Below, piece after piece: positions 26,655-40,000 of a stretch of DNA of 64,000 bases (position 1 is its first letter; every line of letters begins with the position of its first letter). Source of the DNA: Okamejei kenojei (Eukaryota); NCBI GenBank assembly GCA_035221665.1, contig CM069135.1, forward strand, positions 23,064,001 to 23,128,000, given 5' to 3'. The notes below the pieces were generated by a model. It saw nothing but the letters and a program-made list of their open reading frames with translations. It did no database searches and was not told the origin of the DNA. Position numbers and translations under genes: made by a program.

Positions 26655-26995
26655 AGATTATGAGGGGAATAGATGGGATGAATGCACAAGATTCTTTTAC
26701 CGAGAGTAGGGAAATCCAGAACCAGAAGTCATAGGTTTAGGATGATAGGGGAAAGATTGAATAATAACCTCTGGGGAAACGTTTTCACACAGAGGATGGT
26801 GGGTATATGGAATGAGCTGCCCGAGGAGGTAGTTGAGGCAGGTATAATAACAATATTTAAAAGACATTTGAGCAGGTACATGGATAGGAAAGGTTTAGAG
26901 GTTCCAAAGGACTAGTGTAGAATGGGAATCTTGGTCAGTGTGGACAAGTTGAGCTGATGGGTCTGTTTGCAAGCTGTAGGATTCCAAGACTCTAT
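26655..26995 (+). mobile_element. CR1 LINE 3' fragment
   Basis: ORF 26682..26915 SRTRSHRF...FTQRMVGIWNELPEEVVEAG. Confidence 0.8.
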
Positions 26996-27372
26996 ACTGG
27001 GGGGAGAGCGTCTACACAACCAAATGTGCAAGAAGTACTTTGTGAAATCACCCTTGAACAGCCTGTGCTTTTGATGGATGCGTTGTAGAAAATGTGGTCT
27101 TTCTATGTGTGTGACCTTTTAAAATCATGACCAAAATAAAGACTTATCTAAATGTCATAAAAACAAAAAATGTTGTCAGCACTCGGCAAGTTGGGCAAAA
27201 TCTGAGGAGCAGATAATATTTCAGGTTGAATACTCCAACCTGAAACATGAACTCTGTTTTTCTCTCCACAGATGCTGCCTGACCTGCTGAGTAAAGCAAA
27301 TTCTGATTACATTTCAGATTTTTCACACGTTGATTTTCAAGTAAATTCATGGCTGTCTCCCTTTGCTTTCAG

Positions 27373-27461
27373 GCACTACATGTGGAACTATCAAGCAAGA
27401 AGGACCAAATTGCTGAAGCTATACACACGACACAGATGTTCTTGGCGAAACACAGTGACAA
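27373..27461 (+). CDS. DST: Exon (ALHVELSSKKDQIAEAIHTTQMFLAKHSDK)
   Basis: ctttcag|GCA acceptor, AA|gttagt donor; FLAKH motif. Confidence 0.88.
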
Positions 27462-28674
27462 GTTAGTTTATTATTCTTTTCTGATAATAAAAGACCTCAG
27501 CCTTGTGTGGACTAATACTTAGTGTGTACAATTTAAATCATGCGTTCTGTGTGTGTGTGTGTGTGATTAGTGTTCCTTCTAACTCAGATGCATGGCATTA
27601 TCAGCTAAAGGTTCTTCCCGCTCTATTGGAGAATAGGCTGGGAAAAGAAGAGTCACTAATAGGACCACAGCAATTTTAACGTTTCGTGATGCAGATGAGT
27701 AATAGTAATGTTATCAAGATGATTTGAGTTCCATTGAGATCCTTGGTTCAATGGTTCTTTACTATCAATAGACCAAGGTACGGAAACTTTTTTTTGCAGA
27801 TAGTTCATGAACATTTTTGCCAATCATGAGTACGATCCCAGATTAAGCCCACAGAGACGATATGCAAGAGTCACCAGGTTTTGGTGCCATTTTCAAAGCA
27901 ATTCACCATAAATTACGTCCTGTTGTATAAGTGTACCTTATGGAATAAGTTTCAGATCACTCGACTGACCCGCAGGACAGTTAAATAGGAAGAACGCTCA
28001 ACTTCAGTGCTAGCCTGACTCCAGCATTAAGGGATTTCTGTTTAACTTTCATTTAATGAGCCTTCCAAAAGCTTCTGGTTTGAATCATAATCAGAGCAAT
28101 CCTGCGATCCCTCATTAATTATCGAAAATCCCAACGAAGGATTCTTCACGCGGGTTTGACATTCTTAACAGGGACTTTGTAATCCTCAGCCCTTCAGGAC
28201 TGAGTCTGTGCTGCACAGTGTGGTGCCCCATCAACAAGTAAGATTCTGATCGGAATATCACATCATATATGAGGTTTTATATAAGTATTATTGAACCAGA
28301 TCTTTGAACTTTACCACACCACAGAGGCACACTGTCATTTCGCACCAATCATTGAAAAGAAGGTGTAGGAGCCTGAAAACCATGACCACAGGTTCACAAG
28401 TAAATTCTTCTCAACAGTGCTCTTGAACACCACACAACACTAACCTCAGCAACTATGAACTTCAAAGGACTGTCTTTAGTTGTATTAAAGACATTGTTCT
28501 TTTTTTTGCTCAACTATTGAATAACATGGTTATTCATTTATTGAATTAAAAAAATTATTATATATTTGTGCATATTGCATTTATGGGACTGGTCAAGCTG
28601 CTGCAAGTAAAACGATCATTGTTGTGTGATGATCCACACAAGGCATGTGACAATTAAACACTCTTGTCCCTTAA

Positions 28675-28895
28675 AGGGCCTGTCCCACTTTCACGACCTA
28701 ATTCACGACCGAGTTTGCCCTTGACTCACACTCGCAGCATGGTCGTCACGAGGTCATAGGTAGGTCGTAGCAGGCCGTGATGCTAGTCGTAGGTACTCGT
28801 GGCATCAAGTAGGTCGGGGCGTTTTTCTAGCATGATGAAAAATGTCAACGAGTAAAAAAGATCGTGAATTAGGTCGTGAAAGTGGGACAGGCCCT
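28675..28895. mobile_element. PIF/Harbinger (Tourist-like) MITE
   Basis: 34-bp perfect TIR agggcctgtcccactttcacgacctaattcacga; TAA on both flanks. Confidence 0.8.
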
Positions 28896-29519
28896 TAACT
28901 CTCATGAATTCTCAAAACATTAGATATTTCGGGGGTGGATTCATCAGCTTTGGAGAGCAACTGGCTGATTGCTCAGAAGAAGACAAACCTATTTACCTAT
29001 TACCAGCTTATCTTAAACCTTCAGTGAGCAGTGAATGTCTCCTTGAGCAAACACAGTGGATACTGAATGGATGATGCCTCGCTCTTCCTTCCCGATACCT
29101 CCAACATCACAGCAGAGGGCGGTGCAGGCAGGTTCTCTGGATGCTTTCAAGAGAGAGCTAGATAGGGCTCTTAAAAATAACGCAGTCAGGGGATATGGGG
29201 AGAAGGCAGGAACGGGGTACTGATTGGGGATGATCAGCCATGATCACATTGAATGGCGGTGCTGGCTCGAAGGGTCAAATGGCCTACTCCTGCACCTATT
29301 GTCTATTGACTTCCATCAATTTGATTGACCCCACACACATCAAGAAAGGGCTAGGAGTATAGAATGCAAAGCTGTGGGACCAGACAAAGCCCCAGCTGTG
29401 CTGTCATTCCGGTCCTGAATCTTACTCCGTTAATGTGGTTCAGTAAAACACTGACAACAAGCAGTGCATCAACACATTTATTTTCCAACACAAACACACT
29501 ACCTATACAATACCTGATC

Positions 29520-29878
29520 AAACTAGATGCAGATGCAAGAAGATTGTTCCCGAGGTTGGGGAAGTCCAGGACAAGGGGTCACAGTTTAAGGATAAGGGGG
29601 AAGTCTTTTAGGACCGAGATGAGAAAATCGTTTTTCACACAGAGAGTGGTGAATCTGTGGAATTCTCTGCCACAGAAGGTAGTTGAGGCCAGTTCGTTGG
29701 CCATATTTAAGAAGGAGCTGGATGTGGCCCTTGTGGCTAAAGGGATCAGGGGGTATGGAGAGAAGGCAGGTACAGGATATTGAGTTGGATGATCAGCCAT
29801 GATCATATTGAATGGCGGTGCAGGCTTGAAGGGCCGAATGGCCTGCTCCTGCACCTAATTTCTATGTTTCTATGTTTC
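29520..29878 (+). mobile_element. CR1 LINE 3' fragment (young)
   Basis: SRTRGHSLRIRG...FFTQRVVNLWNSLPQKVVEA; (tctatgtt)n tail. Confidence 0.85.
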
Positions 29879-30654
29879 TAAACACCGCGGGTCTGATCCT
29901 TGTCTCTACTCGTTCAAGCCCTTCAGCCTCCTGCGAATAGAACACTTGCAGAAGGTCAACACGCTCCCAAGTGCTACGCCAGAAGATCGGCACACTCTCA
30001 CGTGCTCTCCCCTCTTTTATGCCTTCAAGGACCCTTGACGTGAAATACATGGGGGGGGGGGGGGGCAACCCCTACAAGCCAATCATCAATAAGGGTTACA
30101 AAATACATTAATTGACAGTTCCCTAACCCAATCACAAAATACCACATACCATTGTTTCTACAGAAAGCACCTAATGGAAAACAGTTCTATTAAGCAAAGA
30201 AACATTCTACCAGGTAAAGTAAACCATTTGGGCAAGGCCCCTCGCCTTGACCAATCACGAGTAGCGGTGCGAAGACCATGCAACACACTTATCAACAGTG
30301 TTATAACTCCATCATCTCCCAACCAATCCTGAGCCTGCATTTGCAGCAGGAGCAAGCTCCCTCTGCAAAACCCAAATACCAATGATCAATTAAAGGACAT
30401 CTGGACATCAACCTGTATTCAACCTCTTCTCAGGCCCCAGACACTCTGGAGCCACCATCCTCATGGTCTTTGCAGCCTTTGCAAAGGATGTCAAGCAGGC
30501 TTTGCAAAGGCAGAAACCCTCCTAAAATGCCCAATATTATCAGTGCTACCGAAGACTTTGCCCCAAAGCTAGCCGAGGCATTCCAATGCAATTACAACTG
30601 ACATCTCCCTGGATAATTGCCGGAATTTGTCCTGTTCGGAAGAATCAGAACAAA

Positions 30655-30885
30655 TCCAAAGTAAAACAGAAAATGATGGAAACACTCAGCAGGTCGGGCA
30701 GCATCTGTGGAAAGAGAAACAATCAACGATGAGCCTGTAACCATGAGGAACACATGTAGTTTATACGAAGGATTGCAGACCCGAAACATTGACTGCTTCT
30801 CCTTCCACGTATGCTGTCTGAACTACTGAGTGTTTCTTGTATTTTCTGTTTTTGTTTCAGATTTCCAGCATCTGCAGTTGTATTT
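30655..30885. mobile_element. Older Penelope-like inverted repeat
   Basis: aaacagaaaat...ctcagcaggtcgggcagcatctgtgg is inverted relative to ccacgtatgctgtctga...attttctgttt; contains ccgaaacattgactg. Confidence 0.5.
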
Positions 30886-31354
30886 TTTGATTTTCAGGAC
30901 AAACCCAATCTGGCTATTTACTGTCCAGTTTCAAACATCATGAAAGCAGTGGTGCCATCAATAGTGTTGACAAGGAGGTATCTCTGGAATCACACGGGAC
31001 CAGACCTTGTCATAGCCGCAGTACAAACTAGAACAAAGATTCCAAAGATGAGATAAGGGCAATTGTCCTTGAGATCAACACAGCCTCTAAGTGTAGGATC
31101 ATGGAGCCTGATAAAACAGAAATCCGGAAACTCTCTCCCCCAAAAATATTGTGAGAGAACACAGAAAGGGGAGGCACGGTGGCGCAGCAGTACGTTGCTG
31201 CCTTGCAATGCTTACAAGTGCCGGAGACCCAAGTTCAATCCCGACTACAGGTGCTGTCTGTACGGAGTTTGTACGATCTCCCCGTGACCGCGTGGGTTTT
31301 CTCTGAGATCTTCGGTTTCCTCCCACACTCCAAAGGCGTACAGGTTTGTAGGTT

Positions 31355-31491
31355 TGTAGGTCTGAAGAAGGGTCTCGACCCAGAAACGTCGCCTATCTCC
31401 TTCGCTCCTTAGATGCTGCTGCACCCGCTGAGTTTCTCCAGCTTTTTGTGTACCCTCGATTCTCCAGCATCTGCAGTTCCTTCTTTAACAC
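31355..31491 (+). mobile_element. Penelope pLTR fragment inserted in an HE1 SINE, 15-bp target-site duplication
   Basis: ACAGGTTTGTAGGTT at 31340-31354 and 31492-31506. Confidence 0.7.
31356..31396 (+). ncRNA. Hammerhead-like motif, sense to the pre-mRNA, with one extra A before GAAA
   Basis: GUAGGU-CUGAAGA-A-GGGU(CUCG)ACCC-A-GAAAC-GUC-GCCUAU; 6-bp helix I including two G-U pairs. Confidence 0.45.
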
Positions 31492-31883
31492 ACAGGTTTG
31501 TAGGTTAATTGGCTTGGTGTAAATGTAAATAAAATTGTCCCTAGGTTGTGTAGGATAGTGTTAATGTGCAGGGAACACTGGTCAGTGCGGACTCGGTGGG
31601 CCAAAGAGCCTGTTTCCGCGCTGTATCTCTAAACAAAACTGAACTAAACAATGATTCAAGTACTCCACTCAACCCACCTTCTCAGGGGCACTTAGAGACT
31701 GACTGTAAGTGCTGGCTTTTCCAGACACACCCTTATCCTGAAAATTAAATTAAAAAAGTCAACTTCAGGAGCATGAATACGTGGTTTTGAATTGTCACTT
31801 TCTGATTTGAATTTCCTAATGTTGTCGTTACCAGTGATAGACACACAATTCTGGAGTAACTCAGCGGGTCAGGCAGCATCTCT

Positions 31884-32856
31884 AGACAATAGACAATAGG
31901 TGCAGGAGTAGGCCATTCGGCCCTTCGAGCCAGCACTGCCATTCAATTTGATCATGACTGATCATCCACAATCAGTACCCCGTTCCTGCCATCTCTCCAT
32001 ATCTCTTAACTCCGCTATCCCTAAGAGCTCTATCTAACTCTCTCTTGAAAGCATCCAGTGAACCAGCCTCCACCGCCCTCTGAGGCAGAGAATTCCACAC
32101 ACTCACAACTCTCTGTGTGAAAACGTTTTTCCTCATCTCCGTTCCTAATGGCTTACCCTTTATTCTTAAACTATGGGCCCTTGGCTCTCGACTCCCCCAA
32201 CATCGGGAACATGTTTCCTGCCTCTAGCGTGTCCAAACCCTTAATAATCTTATATGTTTCAATAAGATCCCCACTCATCCTTCTAAACTCCATACTATAC
32301 AAGCCCAGCCGCTCCAATCTATCAACATATGACAGTCCTGCCATCCTGAGAATTAAACTTGTAAACCTACGCTGCACTCCCTCAATAGCAAGAGCGTCCT
32401 TCCTCAAATTTGGAGACCAAAACTGCACACAATACTCCAGGTGTGGTCTCACTAGGGCCCTGTACAACTACAGGAGGACCTCTTTGCTCCAATACTCAAC
32501 TTCTCTTGTTATGAAGGCCAACATGCCATTCGCTTTCTTCACTGCCTGCTGTACCTACATGCTTACTTTCAGTGACTCCTGAACAAGGACCCCCAGATCC
32601 CATTGTACTTCCCATTTTCCCAACTTGACACCATTTAGACAATAATCTGCCTTCCTGTTTTTGCCACCAAAGTGGATAATCTCACATTTATCCACATTAA
32701 ACTGCATCTGCCATGCACCTGCCCACTCACCCAACCTGTCCAAGTCACCCTGCATCCTCCTCACAGTTCACACTGCCACGCAGCTTTCTGTCATCTGCAA
32801 ATTTGCTAATGTTACTTTAATCCCTTCGTCCAAATCATTAATATATATTGTAAATG
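31884..32856 (-). mobile_element. CR1 LINE fragment of about 1 kb inserted into a Penelope remnant (31838-31883 and 32860-33140)
   Basis: ORFs 32555..32764 and 32171..32467 (WQMQFNVDKC; LVRPHLEYCVQFWSP); the pLTR gcagcatctct|...|ggaaaaaaggaataggtga resumes across it. Confidence 0.85.
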
Positions 32857-33234
32857 ATATGGAAAAAAGGAATAGGTGATGTTTTGGGTCGGATCCCTTC
32901 TTCAGATTGAAATATAAAAGGGGAAGGGGGGGAGCAGGAAACTGGAGGTGAGAAGAGGCCAGAGCAAATCAGGACTGGCAACTGATGACCTCAGGAAGGG
33001 TGGGGTCCATAATGGCCCATTGTTGGCTGAGGAAGATGTGTTAAAGAGAGGGACTAGAGGATACGAACAGTGGAACTGGTAGGATGGCTAGGGTGGGGGA
33101 GGGGGATGGATAGAGGTGGGTGGGGGGGGTAGGGAGGGGAGAAGCTCTTGTCGTTACCTGTGTTGTGAGAGAACTTTGGGACTTATCTAACTGCTTGTTA
33201 AAAATGTTACAACAATTTTTAATTCTCTGTGTAG

Positions 33235-33370
33235 GATATCAGAAGAGGATAAACTACAAACAGAAAAGCAAGTGGATTCACTTCAGGAAGCTTATGATAA
33301 GTTGTGTGAACGGTCTTGTGAGGAGCTCCAGCACTCCCAGATCATGCTGGCAGAGGCATCAGGGGAGAAG
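33235..33370 (+). CDS. DST: Exon (ISEEDKLQTEKQVDSLQEAYDKLCERSCEELQHSQIMLAEASGEK)
   Basis: gtgtag|G completes the phase-2 codon; AAG|gtaaga donor. Confidence 0.85.
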
Positions 33371-34078
33371 GTAAGAACCAACCCGCGATCGGGAGAAGGT
33401 TTCAGCTGAATTTCTGGAGAGGAGCTGGATTTGAATGTGGATGTGTGGCCTCACTAATATTCTGAAAAACAGTGCCAAAACAGTGGTACAATAAGGAATT
33501 TGCTTGGCATTACTGATAAGCACAAAAATAAGCTTGTGTTGTCAGATTTAAAACAAATATGAGATTAACTTTCTGGTGCTTGGGTGAGAACGGCAGAACT
33601 GTGCGAAGAAGTAAGCCACTGTATGCTGCAAACATAGACGGCATGGTCACCGTAATGTTTTTACAGAATTCCTAATGTTCTCTGTAAACAGAGGCATGGT
33701 GCTTAAGCTTCACAAGATCACACTGAGCATTATTTAAGACTAAAATAACCTTATTTTTGCTTCTTCTGATCACTAACCCCTTAAGCACACGAATGATACT
33801 TTTGCGTTAAAGGAAATGCATGCGGGACTTAAATAAATAATTTCTTCTATCGACATCAATTCTGGGCCTCACTTTTACTGCTGCATCGCTAACTTCCATC
33901 TCTTGGGTAAGTGAACATTCTCCTATTGTCACATGACCGCAGGTGAAGTATATTTTGCACGAGCGGCTTCTGAGGAGATTTATTTGAGGTAACAAATTTG
34001 CGCGTTGTTATACTTTGGCACTGTAATTTTGTCTTCCGCAATATTTTTAATTGTTCTTCTTCCCTTATTGATTTTCAG

Positions 34079-37000
34079 ACCTACGAAGCCATCGCAGGGG
34101 TTGTTGACCTGTCAACAGGAATAGTGTTTTCAATCTTCCACGCAATACGCAATGGTCTTATTGATTATGACACGGGTGTGATATTGCTGGAAGCACAGGT
34201 CATCGTGTCAGACCTTATTTTTCCAGAAACGAGACAGTGCCTTGACTTAGAGGAAGCGTTGAGGTGCCAATTAATAGATCAACACATCTTCAACCAACTA
34301 AAACAACTGAGCGATGCCATTCATACTTCAAGTACCTTGAGTGGAACGAGCGAAATCCATCCTGCCGTTGCTGCCCATGTTCGGAATGTCCTCTCTGAGG
34401 TTCTTGTCATCAAGGTTCTTGAGGCCCAGCTTGCGACGGGAGGGCTGCAAGTACCGGTTACTGGCGAGAAGCTTAATCTGGAGGAAGCCTTCCAGCGAAA
34501 GTTCATCACTGCCCAGCTCTACTTCAAACTTACAGAGAGGCAGAAAATGTGCAAGGAGCTGATTGACCCGAGTACATCTGAGAAAGTATCACTGATGGAA
34601 CTAATGCGGAGAACCATTGTGGATGAAGATACAAATCTCAGGCTGGTCCCTGTCAGACCGCAGGAATCGAGCACGGTCACTTTGAAGTCAGGCAGAGAGA
34701 CCAATGTTTTCCGGGCAGTCCATGAAGGTCTTATAGATCGCGAAGTGATGATTAGGATTCTGGGAGCTCAGCTGTTTGCAGGAGGGCTTATTGACCCTCA
34801 AACTGAAAAGCGTCTCACAGTGGATGAAGCCTTGGATTGCGGCCTGATTGATCACGATACAGCCTCTGCCCTCCTCACTCATCAAGTTGAATCAGGAGGC
34901 ATCGTCAACCCAAAAAGCGGTTGCAGATTAACCATGGACGAAGCCATACAGTGCAATTTAATATCATCCAGCAGTGCTCTGTTAGTGTTGGAGTCACAAA
35001 AGGTGTTTATGGGCCTTATTTGGCCTGATTCTGGGGAAATATTTTCTATAGACACATCTTTGCAACAAGGAGTGGTAACAAATGAATTGGCCTGCAAAAT
35101 CTTGAGTAACAGGCAGAAAATAGCAGCTCTTTACATTCCAGAAAGCTCACTAGTGCTCGCACCTGAAGAGGCAACAGTGGAAGGCATAATAGACCAGAAA
35201 ACGGCTCATGTCCTGAGCACAATACAAATCCCTGACTTAATGCCCCGTACCAATGGCTTTCAGCCTTCCTGTGCAGACGTTTCAGACTGGACCCCAGGTT
35301 CTGAATTTGAATCTTGTCCCACCAGAGATACTGCGGAACCGGAAGAACCAGATGGAGATGAGAAATCTCCAGAGAACCAGAAGGACGTTCAGCAGAAGTT
35401 CATGATTGACTTAATGATGCACAGCTACATGGACGCAGGCACAGGCAGGAGGCTACTGCTGGTAGACGGTGACTTGAATGAAAAGGTTCAAAGGGTAATG
35501 GAAGCAAGCAGCGAGGGTGATCCCTTTGAAAATTGGCAGGAATTTATTTGTGATCATGAAGGTGCAGGAACTAAGAATCACTTGGAATCCAAAGAGACTT
35601 CCAGAGACAATGGCACTGATAAATGGCACAAAGGTTCTGAATCATGGCAGCCAGCCGTCATGGGAGGAAAGCAGCCCAGTGCTGCATCTCGTGAACAAGA
35701 TGGCAATATGAACTGTGAAGAGCTGTTTTGGGTGCCTGAGCTCCAGCTATTACCAGTCAGTGAAGACGGGGAAGGGGCACGTTCTGAGGCAGCGGACAGT
35801 CTCGGAAATACTGCAACTGGTGGTGACGGGGGAAGGACACTTCAGGCAACTGAAACTTTGGAGAAATGTGCAGAGCCTCTTGAAGGAACATCAAGCCAAA
35901 GAGCTTCAAGTCCACATCTAGACCTGGATGAAAGCATTACGGTGGCCAGTGGAATTATTCATTCTTTGGGAAGTGAGTTGGAGAACCAGTTGAAAGAGAA
36001 TTGGAAACCTGCAGAAGATGATGCAGTTCTTGAGGCTTCTCAAGAAATGAGCACACCTTTAGATTCTGGTGTACAAGAAAAGGTGGCCAGTACCCTTCCT
36101 GATGCAGTCCAGCAGATGAGTGAAATTGTGCAAAGGACTCTAACTGACCAATTGTTTCCATCATGCGAGTCTCAGAGATTCACTCCATTCCCCTTGGAAA
36201 TTGACTTCCAAAATGAGTTTGGCGAAGACTTGAAGAAAATGTTGGGTTTTGATGAAGATCAAATTGTCAGCAATACTCAAGATGTAAAAGACATGCTGGT
36301 GAACTCCACTAAGAGTGGTACAAAGGATTTGAATGTCGAAGCGTTTGCAGAGCCCTCAGGAGTGGAAGAACCAAATAATGCCAAAGAAAAACGAGATATT
36401 GCAGTCGAGCATCACGAAACCCTGGCAGATGAAGCCATGCAATGTCTTCCTTTGGAACAGCAGGTTCCAACGGCAGGAGTTGGGTTGATTCCACATCCCT
36501 TAGAATCTGAGGCAAGGAACTATGAAGGCCCTGCGCGTGGAACTAACAAAATCACATCGGTTCCCAGTCTAGAAGACATTGCGGATGCACATGAAATGGT
36601 GGATTTTGTTGGTATCCCGGGCTTAGAGGGCATAAGTGAAGACATGATGGACGTAGCATTGAAGATACAGGAAGACATAGAGTCTGATGTCGATGACATC
36701 AGTGCATTTGAAGCCAATGACGTTATGTTTGAGGATGCAGATGTTGAGAACCCGATTGTCCTTCAGAAGTTTATGGAGGAACGCACAGATTTCACAACTG
36801 ACCGAGGCAGCATGAAAGAAATGAGGGATGCAGGGGAGCAGAATCGCATTGTGACCAGTGAAACCTTGTCCAGTGCATTTGACGCTGATGACGTAATGTT
36901 TGATGTTGAGAACCAGATTGTCCTTCAAAAAATTATGGAGGAAAGCAATTATTCTACAACTGACCGAGGGAGTATGAAAGAAATGAGGGATGCAGGGGAG

Positions 37001-40000
37001 CAGAATCGCATTGTGACCAGTGAAACCTCACGGTCAAGTCCAATGGAAACTGGTGCTGAATGTCCACACAGCATGACTGGTACTGAGAGTCATGAAAGTG
37101 AGAAGCAGAGGGAAATAATGATTGTAGAAATGTTGGATGATATTGCAGATTTAGAAGTGAGAATGGTGGTGGAAGAACCAGTTGTGATCAGTGACGTATC
37201 ACAGGATGAGAAACCGTATCATTGCACTGAAAATTACAAGGATGGTGCATTGGGAAATGAACGGAATGGATCATTTCATACCGATGTGGGGGAACGTATA
37301 CATCAGCATATAGAGTCCACTTCAGCAGTTGACAATGGTGAGAGTTGGAGGAGCAAGGTAATTGTATGTGTGGAAGGACTGGATGATATTGCAGAGACCC
37401 AGGAAATGCCATGGTTTGACGGGGACTTCACAGGAGGGAAAGAAGTTCAAATACTTAATCCAGAAGTCGAAGATTTTGAAGGTTTGTTTGCACCTTGTGC
37501 AGAAATGTCGGAGGGTGAAATTATCTTTTTAAATGGAGAAGGTCTTAGTTCGGACCGTGATGAGCAGGTCCAGAGCAATGAAAGCTGCAGCCAAGATTTT
37601 GAAGCAGTTGAAGGTCAGGACAAAAGCCAAGGGCAAGTCAGCAGCGGGTCAGTGGAGGACAACCATCAAACATCTGAACTGGATGAATCAATGAGTGATT
37701 TAGCAAATGCAGGTACAACATTGATGGGCACTAGATTAACGATGAGCAGCAAACAGCAAGAAAAGGCAAATGACTGGACAATGCCACTGGCAAATGCTGA
37801 AGACAGTTGTGTCGGAAGAGATTTGTATGACTTGGAAGAGGAGGAGGAAGATGAGAAAGAGGACGGTGGGCAAGTAGCTTCTCTTGAGGCAGTGAAAAAT
37901 GCAGAGCGGGACAGATCCATCTTAATCAAACAACTCCAGTCCGACATTGAAGCAGGTGGAATATTTGACCCTGTCACTGGTCGGAGGTGCAACCTTGATG
38001 CTGCTTTGGAACGAGGATTTCTGGATGAGGATATGGTTGTAGATATTCTGGTTTCACAATTCCAGGATGGAGGAATCACTTCAGAAGAGACTGGTGAAAA
38101 CTTAACTCTTTGCGAGGCAGTAACAAAAGGTCTTCTGCAGAGTCATGTGGCCATCAAAGTGCTAGGCAAGCTGGGTCTGATTGGAGGACTCTACGACAGC
38201 TCCACAGGAGAAATAATGGAAGTGGCTGAAGTTGCAGAACATTTAGTAAACGATGAACTACTGGCCAAGATTCTGCTTTCTGAGAAAGCTGTCTGTGGGA
38301 TAATTCACCCGGAAACGAATAAACTGCACAGCATTAACGATTCAGTAAGACTTGGAATTCTGGACTCTTCCACCGCTCTGCATTTGCTGCAAGGTCAAGT
38401 TGTTTCTGGTGGCATTGTAGACCTTTATCAAGAAGGTAGACTATCAGTGGCCATGGCCTTGGAGCTTTGCCTGGTGGATGAGGGACATGTTGAACAACTG
38501 ATCAAAATTGAAAAGGCTAAAAATGGAGAGCAGGTCGATAAGGTGACCAGACTGAAGGCTCTAAGCTACCAGTTTGAAACACATGGGGTGCTGGATCCAC
38601 AGACTAGGCAACCTTTATCTGTGGTAGACTTGGTCAAGGGAGGGTTTGTGGAAAGGGATGCTGTGCTTAGTGTTCTTCGCAAGCAAGTTGAAGATGGCGG
38701 TATCATTCAGCATAAGTCAGGACTACGCCTCTCTGTAACAAATGCTTTGAGGCATGGTTTAATCAACGAAAACCTAGCCAATGACCTGTTTGAATTAGAA
38801 GTATCATGCCAAAATATTTGCAATTTGCGTTCTGAGAGCTATTTGCTTCCTCAGGAAAGGAATTTAAGCCCATCAGACTTTTCAGTGAAGGTTAAAAGGA
38901 ACATGAAATCAGACCAGTTTTTCACTGAATTTGATGAAGTAGGATCTGATGTTGGTAACTCATTTGATGAAGGCTTGAAAAAAGAAGAACGTTTGTTTGC
39001 AAGACGTGGCTATATTGATTTTAATCATTTGGACACTATTCCTTACTCTGATTTAGTGAAGATAAGTAACATAGATATAGAAACTGGGCAAAGGTACATG
39101 GCAGTTAAACCATTCCAAGAGTCATTGGATGCTGGTAAAGTTGAAGCCTTGTCAAAACTGAAGGCGGCAGATGTAGATCTGACCACTGCTCGCAGTAATC
39201 ATAGAAAGGATTTAAATGATGAAACTTTGATACCCACTAAAGAAGATGAGATCACTGTGCAAGACTTTGCAACAAAGTCTGATCAGAAGCATAGCAGAAA
39301 GCCTCTGGAATCTGATACATCAGTTTCAGGAGATACTTTCCTCAACAATGAGCTTTCAGAGGCTGGTATGGTATCTGCAGAAGATGTATCTATTAATCAG
39401 AGCAGCATTGCATCCAAATCTTCAGGTTCACTTCAAGATAACTTTTTCGTGTATATTCGGGAATGCATGTCAGATTTATTGCCAGAAGTAGAAATATCAG
39501 AATCTACTGATAAAGAAGATATTCCAAAGAGAGAAGAAAAACAGAACGACAGGTGTGGTACTCTAGATGCGGAGACAACTGTGGGAGAAAAATGTGTGGA
39601 AGAGTTGGAGTTGAACAGTACAGCAAGTTCCGCTGGGACTCAGGATCTAATTAGTAATAAAACGAGTGATAAACGGGTTGATGTTGAGAGACTATCGCCT
39701 GATGTGAAGTTAGGCTTATATGAACAACCATCGCTAAATGAGATGCTTACAGACCAATATTCAGGTGCACAAAGTGTTGGTTGTGAAGACGATTCAGAAG
39801 TTCCTGAACAGAGAGGAATCTTGATGATGACTGTGGAGAACGAGCTGAAATCTGCTTGTGTGGAAACACATGAAGCATTGAAGGATGGACCAAGTGGTGA
39901 TGTGCAGAACCCAGTCAACAAACCTAAGGCAAGTGGAAACAACCAAGAAAGAAAGACTGACGAGACATCGGTTAATATTGTGGATGTGAAAACTAAGGGA

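Larger units (their letters stand above)
31171..31650 (+). mobile_element. HE1-type SINE interrupted by a Penelope fragment
   Basis: SINE halves rejoin across the 15-bp duplication. Confidence 0.8.

Noticed and set aside
30060-30595. Possible decayed L1/Tx1 3' fragment on the minus strand
   Set aside because: Resemblance too weak to support without a search.
33400-34078. Internal promoter for an isoform starting at the giant exon
   Set aside because: Plausible by analogy with MACF1, but no promoter evidence is visible in the sequence.
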